From Acutalibacteraceae bacterium (GTDB lineage: Bacteria > Bacillota > Clostridia > Oscillospirales > Acutalibacteraceae): a stretch of DNA of 64,000 nt. Where the stretch lies: positions 1,759 through 65,758 of the forward strand of contig JAZSQO010000008.1 of NCBI GenBank assembly GCA_045538015.1. The letters run 5' to 3'. Below are positions 18,564-26,487 of this stretch, piece by piece. Each line of letters begins with the position of its first letter. Position 1 is the stretch's first letter. A program made the translations under genes and the position numbers. The notes below the pieces were generated by a model. The model was not told the origin of the DNA and ran no database searches. It was given only the letters and a program-made list of their open reading frames with translations.

Positions 18564-19190
18564 TTAGAAAATGTTGCCGGTCTTGCCCAGAGCCACCAGC
18601 AGAACGATGCTGATAACCAGAGCGGCGATGGCGACTGCGGAAACGAGCAGGGCGCCTATAATCGGGCTGACGAAAACAAGCACGACAGAGATGATCTCGG
18701 CGATGATGATGCCGATGTACCATTTCCACAGGGAGTTCCACTTTCTGGAGCGGACATCGTTGATGCCCTTGAGGGTCTCGCTGTAGCCCTTCATCATGCT
18801 GTACATCATGACCAGCTCGACAATGAGGTTGACAAGGCTGATGACCAGAGCAGGAACAGCGCCGAGAATAAAGATGCCGGCCACTTCCGCGACGATGGAA
18901 ATGATGCCGAGGATACCGGCGGTGGTGAAGCGGCGGCTGACCTTGCCCATGCTGAGCAGGCAGATGATCTGGATAACGGTGCAGACCACACCGAGGACGG
19001 AGCTGGCCTTATCGGAAGCGCCGTCGCCCAGAGCCAGACCGATGACAAACGCTCCGACAATGGAGAGGATGAGGGCCCAGAACATGGCCTTGGTGCCGCT
19101 GCGCATGACCGCTCTGTCGTGAATGTCAATGGTGGCTATTTCCTGAGTCTGCTCTGCGTTTTCGAGGATGATGCCGTTGTTTTCTGCCAT
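18564..19190 (-). CDS. Multi-pass membrane protein, paralog A
   Basis: It is homologous to the membrane part of 19387-20241. Compare 'MMYSMMKGYSETLKGINDVRSRKWNSLWKWYIGI' with 'MMYFFIKGFEEVLEKKDVMLSEKWSLLWSWYIGI'. Confidence 0.75.
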   Translation of the reverse strand: MAENNGIILENAEQTQEIATIDIHDRAVMRSGTKAMFWALILSIVGAFVIGLALGDGASDKASSVLGVVCTVIQIICLLSMGKVSRRFTTAGILGIISIVAEVAGIFILGAVPALVISLVNLIVELVMMYSMMKGYSETLKGINDVRSRKWNSLWKWYIGIIIAEIISVVLVFVSPIIGALLVSAVAIAALVISIVLLVALGKTGNIF

Positions 19191-19267
19191 TTTTCATTAC
19201 TCCTTTTTTTCCTGATACTCTTTTGGAATGTGCCCGGTGGCTATTTACCGCCCGCCGGGTTATTTAC

Positions 19268-19296
19268 ATAATATAGAGCTGTTACGATTTTGTCAA
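19268..19296 (-). promoter_or_regulatory. Sigma-A promoter of paralog A
   Basis: Minus strand reads TTGACA, 17 nt, TATTAT. It is duplicated at 20312-20340. Confidence 0.65.
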
Positions 19297-19386
19297 GCCA
19301 AATTCTGACAAATATGCACCGAAGATGTATGTTCTTGCATTATCCACACATTTTCAGTGAATGCTTCTTGCATAATTCACAACAGC

Positions 19387-20241
19387 TCAGTCGGCCTTTG
19401 CGGCCTTCCGGATGTCCTTGAAAAAGCGGCCGGTCTTGTAGAGCATGACCACCATGGCGATGTTGACCACGACCATGGCGATGGGTGCCAGAGTCAGCAC
19501 CAGAGAGCCCAGCCACGGGATCATCAGCAGCATCACCACGGCGGCGATCATGGCCATTGGGATGCCTATGTACCAGCTCCACAGCAGGCTCCACTTTTCC
19601 GAAAGCATGACATCCTTCTTTTCCAGAACCTCCTCGAAGCCCTTGATGAAGAAGTACATCATAAGCACGGATATCACGGTGGAGGCAATTTCGATTATGG
19701 TCTTGGCCGGATCCTCGGTGAATATCTGCTCAAGGACAGGAGGCACGATGGTGAGCAGATTAAATATGGCGGCGGTTCTGAAGCGGGTGTTGACAAGGCC
19801 CATGCGGAAAAGACAGACGACCATGATCACCGCGCAGACCACCTGCAGGCCGACACCGGCCAGAATCGCGGCCTGATTGCCTATGAGCGCGGCCACGGTC
19901 AGAACCACCGAGCCCACGATGTTGGCGATGGTCACCCAGAACACAGCCATGGTGTTCCGGCTCATGATCTTGCCGTCCCGCTCCGTGCGTTCGGCCAGCG
20001 CGGCCTCCTCCTGACGCTTTTTCAGCCGCTTTCCGGCGGTGTCCTTCTTCCAGCGCAGAGGGCTGCAGGTTTCAAACTGAGGACATTCGCTGCAGAACTC
20101 CCGGTCTTTGTCGTAGCAGCAGTGGGCAATGCTGCAGTCGCCCTTGCTGGGATGGCCGGGGCCGGCCTTGCAGCCGGGGCACTGAAGGGCCTCTCTGTGT
20201 TCGCAGCTTTCGCAAGCTATTCCGCAATAGGATTCTGCCAT
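19387..20241 (-). CDS. DUF3795-like Cys-rich domain fused to multi-pass membrane domain, paralog B
   Basis: N-terminus 'YCGIACESCEHREALQCPGCKAGPG...CSIAHCC...FCSECPQFETC', then the membrane domain shared with paralog A. Confidence 0.75.
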   Translation of the reverse strand: MAESYCGIACESCEHREALQCPGCKAGPGHPSKGDCSIAHCCYDKDREFCSECPQFETCSPLRWKKDTAGKRLKKRQEEAALAERTERDGKIMSRNTMAVFWVTIANIVGSVVLTVAALIGNQAAILAGVGLQVVCAVIMVVCLFRMGLVNTRFRTAAIFNLLTIVPPVLEQIFTEDPAKTIIEIASTVISVLMMYFFIKGFEEVLEKKDVMLSEKWSLLWSWYIGIPMAMIAAVVMLLMIPWLGSLVLTLAPIAMVVVNIAMVVMLYKTGRFFKDIRKAAKAD

Positions 20242-20311
20242 TTTTCATTACTCCTTTTCTTTTCCGAATACTCTTTTCCGGCGGTATTTCTTCACCCGCC
20301 GGGTTATTTAC

Positions 20312-20340
20312 ATAATATAGATTCATCACAGAATTGTCAA
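20312..20340 (-). promoter_or_regulatory. Sigma-A promoter of paralog B
   Basis: Minus strand reads TTGACA, 17 nt, TATTAT. Confidence 0.65.
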
Positions 20341-20631
20341 GCGATATTCACATTTAATTTTACATAACCGCACATTCTTACAGCATAGCCATAATTTATG
20401 TAAATTCTTATTGCATGATTCACAGTTTTTCTCCGGTCAGATCAGCATCAGCACCAGCAGATCCCAGTACATATGCAAGGCTATGGGCACGAGGATGCCT
20501 TTCGACACATTGCGTTATCTGTCACAAAAATATTAACAATTCATTCTTTATTTCCGTGCAATATAGTAGTATAATAAGTTTTAAGGGATATTTCCCGCTC
20601 ACAAATGATATTGAAGGAAGGTATAAAATTT

Positions 20632-22131
20632 ATGGCTCAGTTTGTCAAGCTTGATCCCTCTGCACTGACCGCTCTGCGTTCCATCGACCGGCGACTGGTA
20701 TCCTACAATGTTGAAATGACCGAGGTCACCGGCGGCACCTTCTGGACGGCCTACACCGACGCTCAGGTGGACGGCACCGAGGAGTTCCCCGTCATCGCCG
20801 ACTGGCGCGACATGGGCAACCTGCAGCAGTGGTATGAGCCTATCGACCTCTATAATCCCCGCCTGCGCAAGCTGGCAAAGGAGCTGGGCACCGCGTGGGT
20901 GCGCGTCTCCGGCACATGGGCCAACAAGACCTATTACGACTTTGACGGCCACTGCGGAGGCGTTGTGCCCGAGGGCTTCCAGAACCTGCTGACCAAGGAG
21001 CAGTGGACAGGCGTTCTCGATTTCGTCAAGGCCATCGACGGCAAGCTGCTGGTGTCCATGGCCAACTGCCCGGGCATCCACACCGCCGACCAGCCCTGGC
21101 CCTCGGAGCAGGCCGAGCTGCTGTTCTCCTACAGCAAGGAATACGGCGTACCCATCGCCGCTGCCGAGTTCACCAACGAGCCCAACATGATGGTCATGTC
21201 CGGCCTGCCCCATGGCTACACCGCCGAGGATCACGCCCGTGACCACGATCTGTTCGGCGCGTGGCTGCGGGAGAATTATCCCGAGTGTCTGTTCGTCGGC
21301 CCCTGCACCGTTGGCGACATCGATATGTTCGGCCTTGCCGGCGACAGCGTAGGCGGCGGAATCGCCTCCGCTCTGCAGATGGTCACCACCGAGGAGCTGC
21401 TGGGCGAAAACAAGGTCAAGATGGATGTGTTCAGCTATCATTATTATAACGGCGTTTCCGAGCGCGGCGCCGCCATGGGCGGTCACTGGCCGGTGGAGCA
21501 GTGCCTGACCGAGAAATATCTGGCTGTGGCCGCCAACTGCGCCCGCCAGTATGTCGACCGCCGTGACCGCTATGTTCCCGGCGGCCAGATGTGGGTCACC
21601 GAGTCGGGCGACGCCGGCTGCGGCGGCAACACATGGGCACCCACCTATCTCGACGTCCCCCGCACCCTCAACGAGCTGGGCGAGTTCTGCACCGTCACCG
21701 ACGGCATCATCTTCCACAACACCCTCGCCTCCTCGGCCTACGGCTTCCTCCAGCACGGCACCTTTGAGCCCCGTCCCAACTACTTTGCCGTTCTGCTGTG
21801 GAACCGCCTGATGGGCGACACCGCCTACGCCACCGGCGAGCCTGTGCGCGAGGGTGCTCATGTCTACTGCCACTCCCGCAAGGACGGCAAGGAGGGCTTT
21901 GTCTATCTGGTGATAAACAACTCCGACGAGGCCACCACCGTGGAGCTGCCCGCCGACGCGGTGCGCTACTCCCTCACCGGCGACGGCAAGCTGCGCAGCC
22001 GCGTCATGCTGCTCAACGGCCGCCCGCTGACCCTCGGCGAGAACGACGGGCTGCCCTCTCTGGAGGGCGAGGCTCAGCCCGCCGGCAAGGTGGAGGTCGC
22101 TCCCGGCGGCTGCACCTTCTTTGTGGTGTAA
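20632..22131 (+). CDS. Clan GH-A glycoside hydrolase, GH79 (beta-glucuronidase/heparanase)-like
   Basis: 'FTNEPN' is the acid/base NEP and 'WVTESG' the nucleophile. There is no signal peptide. The family assignment is by eye. Confidence 0.55.
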   Translation: MAQFVKLDPSALTALRSIDRRLVSYNVEMTEVTGGTFWTAYTDAQVDGTEEFPVIADWRDMGNLQQWYEPIDLYNPRLRKLAKELGTAWVRVSGTWANKTYYDFDGHCGGVVPEGFQNLLTKEQWTGVLDFVKAIDGKLLVSMANCPGIHTADQPWPSEQAELLFSYSKEYGVPIAAAEFTNEPNMMVMSGLPHGYTAEDHARDHDLFGAWLRENYPECLFVGPCTVGDIDMFGLAGDSVGGGIASALQMVTTEELLGENKVKMDVFSYHYYNGVSERGAAMGGHWPVEQCLTEKYLAVAANCARQYVDRRDRYVPGGQMWVTESGDAGCGGNTWAPTYLDVPRTLNELGEFCTVTDGIIFHNTLASSAYGFLQHGTFEPRPNYFAVLLWNRLMGDTAYATGEPVREGAHVYCHSRKDGKEGFVYLVINNSDEATTVELPADAVRYSLTGDGKLRSRVMLLNGRPLTLGENDGLPSLEGEAQPAGKVEVAPGGCTFFVV

Positions 22132-22160
22132 GTCTTACGCTGAATAACACACAATAACCG

Positions 22161-22205
22161 ACCGCCCCCGGCTCCCTTTCCCGGAGCCGAGGGCGGTTTT
22201 GCGGT
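22161..22205 (+). terminator. Intrinsic terminator of the GH gene
   Basis: accgcccccggctcc / ggagccgagggcggt stem followed by TTTT. Confidence 0.75.
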
Positions 22206-22225
22206 TTATTGGCGTGTCATGTTTC

Positions 22226-22747
22226 TCATATATTGCTTAAGGCAAGACACAGTTCAATGTAATAGGTCATCGCCAGAGTGACGCTCGCGCTGGATACCAG
22301 CAGAACGATCAGCTCCTTTGGCTTTTTGTACACACGCTGACTGATGTAATAAATCACTTCGATCAGCAGCGAAAGCGCCGGCACGATCCAAAAAAGATTT
22401 ATATACAGCAGAAAGATGTCCGACGGCAAGTCGTCTGCCAGATACATCAGAACGAGAAAGCTGCTCAGGATCAGAGTGGAAACCAGAATGGTAACCAGTC
22501 CGAAGACGGTATGCGTCTTGAAGTATCTGCTGAGGTCGGGCTTTAATATATAATTCAGAGCCACCGTAATCGCGATCATGATCGCGGCCGGCACAAAAGC
22601 CATGAGCTGCTCCGGAATATGGGGTCTGAATGAGATTGCAGCCTCTCCAAATATTGCGGGACTGAGCATAGGAAAGGCAAAGCTGAACCACGAGAGAAAC
22701 AAAATCAATGAAAAGGAAATCGCCTGTTTGTTGAGTTGTTTTTTCAC
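22226..22747 (-). CDS. Hypothetical multi-pass membrane protein; last gene of the two-component operon
   Basis: GTG at 22747 ('VKKQLNKQ') follows agaaagga; the track start is at 22783. It has 5-6 TM helices. G+C is visibly lower than in the neighbours. Confidence 0.5.
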   Translation of the reverse strand: MKKQLNKQAISFSLILFLSWFSFAFPMLSPAIFGEAAISFRPHIPEQLMAFVPAAIMIAITVALNYILKPDLSRYFKTHTVFGLVTILVSTLILSSFLVLMYLADDLPSDIFLLYINLFWIVPALSLLIEVIYYISQRVYKKPKELIVLLVSSASVTLAMTYYIELCLALSNI

Positions 22748-22797
22748 TGCCGCAGCATCCTTTCTATTCTGGATCGGGCACAAGCCGGTCCGTAATA

Positions 22798-25062
22798 TCA
22801 GCCGTTGGGTTCCAGATCCTCGGCTTCCGCTGTCAGAATGGGCATTTCGCCCTCCGGCTCGGCTGTTTCGTCGGCGAATAAATCACCCGGCGGGAGAAGG
22901 AGGTCGGCCTCCCAGTCATCGGTTTCCTCCGCGGAAACCGGAGCTTCCGCTGCCGGGATCAGGCCTTCGTCAGTGAATACTTCTTCCTCCTCCGGCTGAG
23001 GACGATCGCCCGCGGGGACAGTCACCAGCGCCTTGAAGAGGTCGCCGTCGATGCTCAGGCCGAAGGTTCCGCCCTGCAGCTCGGTGAGACTGCGGGCGAT
23101 GGTCAGGCCAAGACCGTTTCCCGGAGTGGAGCGGGAGCTGTCGCCCCGGACAAAGCGCTCCATCAGCTCCTCGGCGGGAATGTTCAGCTCCACGGCGGAA
23201 ATATTGCGGAAGGAGATGCCTATCGCGTCCTCCCTCTCCGCCGCGTCGATGTACAGCCGGGTGCCGGGCATGGCGTATTTGCAGGCGTTGGAGAGGAGAT
23301 TGTCAAACACTCTCCACAGCAGCCGTCCGTCGGCGTGGGCGGTCAGCTCGCCGCCGTGAACGGTGAGCACCGGGATAAGGGAGGCCGAGGTCAGCCGGTC
23401 GTGGTATTCGGACACCGCCTGCTCCAGCAGCTCGCCCACATTGACCGGGGCAAGGTCGGGCGTGACGCTGCCGCTGGTCACCTTGGAGGCCTCCACCAGA
23501 TCCTCTATCAGCCGTCCCAGACGCACCGCCTGACGGTCGAGAATGTCGATATACTCCCGGGCGGCGGGATTATCTATGGTCTCGCCCTTGAGCAGACCCA
23601 CATAGCTGACGATGGAGGTCAGCGGAGTCTTGAGGTCGTGGGATACGTTGGTTATCAGGTCGGTCTTCATGCGCTCGCTGCGCATCCGCTCCTCCACCGC
23701 CGCGGCCACGCCCTCGCCTATGCTGTTGAGCCGCTGGCCGTGGTCTCTGAGGGCGGGAAGCATACGGTCGGTGTCCACCTTTGCCCCGGTGTCTCCCGAG
23801 GCGATGGCCTGGGCGGCCTTGCTCAGCTTTCGCCACTGAGCCGCCACGGCGATAACGCCCGCCGCTGCCGCCAGATTGAACAGCGCCAGAAGGATAATGC
23901 CCAGCTCCGGCTCGTGGAACAGCACGATGGTGAAAATCAGGTTTCCCACCAGCCAGCCGGCCACGCACAGAACCGCCTGCCACAGGTCGGGCAGATTGCT
24001 CAGCAGCCACCGGGCGCCCCGGTAAAGGGCGTAGAGGATGGTGTGCTTCCGCCAGTCCTTCATCTTGAAGCGGGCAACGAGGGAATGAACCACTCCGGCG
24101 GCGGCCAGAGTGAATAAGAATCCCGCTCCCGCAAAGCCGAGAATGGACAGCAGGTCGCCCTCAAGGCAGTTGAGCGCCTCCTCGGCAAGGGCAAAGAGCA
24201 GCACGAGCACAGGCGCGCTGACGGCCAGAAAAACGCCCAGAGGCATCCGCTCCCGCCATGTTCCGGTGGGCTGGTCGCCATCCTTTCTCCAACCGGCGGC
24301 CTTGCAGAGGAAGGCAAAGAGCGCTGTTCCCAGCAGCACGGCTCCGGCGAGGATACCCACCAGCGTCCAGCGCATACGGTAAGCCAGCAGCATGATGTGG
24401 TCGTCGCTGAAGCGCTCCACCGAATCGGCGGCGCGGCACAGGGTGATGTTGCAGTGGCGGGTGGCCTTGACCAATTCGGTGCTGGTGTGTATGTCGGTGT
24501 TGTATTGAGCCGTGAAGGCCTCTCCGTACTCTTCCAGAATGTCCTCGTCGCTCATGCCGTAGGTGTTGATGCCGTACTTTTCAAGGAGCCATTCTCCGAA
24601 GGTCTGGTTGGACTGGACATTCCAGCGGATCACGGTGTGCTCTATTTCGTCCAGAGGGTTGTCGTGCCCCTGAGTATAGGCAAAGGCCCACTCTTTTTCG
24701 CCGGCACCGAAGGAGACGGTGTATCTCAGCTCGACCTCCGGATAGGCCTCGCCGTCGTAATTGCTCAGCAGCACCTCTCCGTCCTTCTCCACCGTGACCA
24801 TGGTATCGCAGCGGTCAGGGGCGAACTTCATCTGAAATTCCTTCTGCGCCTCCTCGTCGAAGTAGAGGTTTTCGTCGCTCAGCTCCTCAAGGTCGAAGCC
24901 GATGACTCCGCCCAGCATCTGCTCGAGACATTCCTCGCTGTAGGCGGCTCGGTTGGCAAGAACGCCCACGGCTATTCCGCCCAGCAGGGCGGTGGGTATG
25001 AACACCGCCAGCAGAATCAGTGCCACAGCCTTGGCGGCGGTGCTTCTTTTTATTTTATTCAT
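22798..25062 (-). CDS. Sensor histidine kinase (754 aa)
   Basis: The H-box is 'NVSHDLKTPLTSI'. N and G boxes are 'NLLSNACKY' and 'GNGLGLTIA'. There is a large N-terminal extracytoplasmic domain, several TM helices and a ~70-aa acidic C-terminal tail. Confidence 0.9.
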   Translation of the reverse strand: MNKIKRSTAAKAVALILLAVFIPTALLGGIAVGVLANRAAYSEECLEQMLGGVIGFDLEELSDENLYFDEEAQKEFQMKFAPDRCDTMVTVEKDGEVLLSNYDGEAYPEVELRYTVSFGAGEKEWAFAYTQGHDNPLDEIEHTVIRWNVQSNQTFGEWLLEKYGINTYGMSDEDILEEYGEAFTAQYNTDIHTSTELVKATRHCNITLCRAADSVERFSDDHIMLLAYRMRWTLVGILAGAVLLGTALFAFLCKAAGWRKDGDQPTGTWRERMPLGVFLAVSAPVLVLLFALAEEALNCLEGDLLSILGFAGAGFLFTLAAAGVVHSLVARFKMKDWRKHTILYALYRGARWLLSNLPDLWQAVLCVAGWLVGNLIFTIVLFHEPELGIILLALFNLAAAAGVIAVAAQWRKLSKAAQAIASGDTGAKVDTDRMLPALRDHGQRLNSIGEGVAAAVEERMRSERMKTDLITNVSHDLKTPLTSIVSYVGLLKGETIDNPAAREYIDILDRQAVRLGRLIEDLVEASKVTSGSVTPDLAPVNVGELLEQAVSEYHDRLTSASLIPVLTVHGGELTAHADGRLLWRVFDNLLSNACKYAMPGTRLYIDAAEREDAIGISFRNISAVELNIPAEELMERFVRGDSSRSTPGNGLGLTIARSLTELQGGTFGLSIDGDLFKALVTVPAGDRPQPEEEEVFTDEGLIPAAEAPVSAEETDDWEADLLLPPGDLFADETAEPEGEMPILTAEAEDLEPNG

Positions 25063-25778
25063 TTGGTCGCGCTCCTTTCAAACTTGTAGCCCTGTCCCCA
25101 CACCACCTTGATGTAGCGAGGCTCGGCGGGATTTATCTCCAGCTTTTCCCGCAGGTGGCGGATGTGGACAGCCACGGTCTTTTCCGCGCCGGGCGAGCTT
25201 TCGTTCCACACCCGGCGGTACAGCTCCGCCGAGGAGAATACCCGTCCCGGCTGGCTGATGAGAGTGTGGAGAATGCTGTATTCAATGGGAGTCAGCGCCA
25301 CCGGCTCGCCGTCCAGAGTGACGGTCTTTTCCCGGTCGTTGACCGAAATGCCGCCGATGGTGACGGCGTGGTTGGGCTCCATGCCTCCCAGACGGGTGTA
25401 ACGGCGCAGCTGGGATTTGACCCTTGCCAGCAGCTCCACGGGATTGAAGGGCTTGGTGACATAGTCGTCGGCTCCCATGCCAAGGCCCAGCACCTTGTCG
25501 GTGTCCTCGCTCTTGGCGCTGAGCATGATGACCGGGATGTTGCTCTCCTCTCGCAGACGGGCCACGGCGGTGATACCGTCCATTTCCGGCATCATCACAT
25601 CCATCAGCACCAGCTCGGCTCCTTTCTCCCGGAGGAGGCTGAGAGCCTGAGCACCGTTGTAGGCCTCCAGCGTCTCGTAGCCCTCGGCGGTCAGGTATAT
25701 CCTTATGGCGTTGACGATGTCCCGGTCGTCGTCGCAGATGAGCACCCGGAAAGGGGCAGCTCCTCGGTCATTGTTCAT
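25059..25778 (-). CDS. OmpR/PhoB-family response regulator
   Basis: 'VLICDDDRDIV...LVLMDVMMPEMDG...MLSAK..D.D...GL..GADDYV.KPF' is followed by a winged-helix C-terminus. A 4-bp overlap links it to the kinase gene. Confidence 0.92.
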   Translation of the reverse strand: MNNDRGAAPFRVLICDDDRDIVNAIRIYLTAEGYETLEAYNGAQALSLLREKGAELVLMDVMMPEMDGITAVARLREESNIPVIMLSAKSEDTDKVLGLGMGADDYVTKPFNPVELLARVKSQLRRYTRLGGMEPNHAVTIGGISVNDREKTVTLDGEPVALTPIEYSILHTLISQPGRVFSSAELYRRVWNESSPGAEKTVAVHIRHLREKLEINPAEPRYIKVVWGQGYKFERSATK

Positions 25779-25952
25779 GTGTACGCTCCTTTCGGCGCAA
25801 AGGCAAAGTGTCGCGCGTCTCCTTGCGCTGTTATGATAGCACAGCCGCCCTTTAAGAATAAAGAGGGCAAATGATTAAGATTTTATTAAGCTATGTAAAA
25901 CCTGACAGTAGTGCGTTCTCCCGATGCTGTATAATACTCCCGCCCGAAGCAC

Positions 25953-26238
25953 AGCCCGCAGGCAGGCCGGAAATATTCCCGCGGCGCAAACCCCGATTAT
26001 CGCAGCAGAAACCCCGATTATCGCGGCAGGCTGGCGGTCAGGCCGAAAAGCCATTCCTCTTCAGGAAAGACCATTTCCGCAGCAGAAACCCTTATTTCTG
26101 CCGCAGAAACTCAGGTTATCGCGGCAGATTCGCGTAGAGACCGGAAAACCGTTCTCCCCGGGAAAGACCATTTCCGCAGCAGAACCCCCGGTTATTGCAG
26201 CAGAAACTCCGGTTATCGCTGCAGAAACCCCGGTTCCT
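25953..26238. repeat. Higher-order tandem repeat: seven 21-bp units in 2+2+3 groups, separated by two related ~55-bp spacers
   Basis: Units start at 25981, 26002, 26079, 26100, 26176, 26197 and 26218 (consensus GCAGCAGAAACCCCGGTTATC). Spacers 26023-26078 and 26121-26175 both end in 'ggaaagaccatttcc'. Confidence 0.9.
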
Positions 26239-26253
26239 GTATTCCATAATGCA

Positions 26254-26360
26254 ACAAATCAAATCAAACAAAACAAAATCAAATGAAATGAAATCAAATC
26301 AAATCACATCAAACAAAATCAAACCAGACAAAAGAAAATTAGATCAAATCAAAATCAAAG
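26254..26360. repeat. A-rich degenerate (AAATC)n-like microsatellite
   Basis: 'caaatcaaatcaaacaaaacaaaatcaaatgaaatgaaatcaaatcaaatcacatcaaacaaaatcaaacc...'. Confidence 0.85.
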
Positions 26361-26436
26361 AACGGAGGCTGAGCAAAGGACGGCGGGATGATTGTGATGA
26401 TGGATGATAAGAATTATTTTAGAATATTTTTTTGGA

Positions 26437-26473
26437 TAAATAAAGAGCCGACAGGGGTTACCCTTATCGGCTC
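26437..26473 (-). terminator. Intrinsic terminator of the CWB2-GHL10 gene
   Basis: gagccgataagggtaacccctgtcggctc hairpin followed by a T-rich run on the minus strand. Confidence 0.7.
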
Positions 26474-26487
26474 GTGAGGTGATGCTG

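Noticed and set aside
23335-25874. Plus-strand ORFs over the kinase/regulator operon
   Set aside because: The H-box, N/G boxes and receiver motifs are all on the minus strand.
25953-26238. Possible CRISPR array
   Set aside because: The units are only 21 bp and directly abutting. The two 'spacers' are related to each other, and there are no cas genes. This is a tandem or higher-order repeat, not a CRISPR.
25924-26286. 120-aa ORF through the 21-bp repeat array ('AAETPIIAAETPII')
   Set aside because: The frame stays open only because 21 is divisible by 3. There is no RBS, the ATG sits inside a -10-like TATAAT, and the composition is not protein-like. It is kept as a repeat finding instead.
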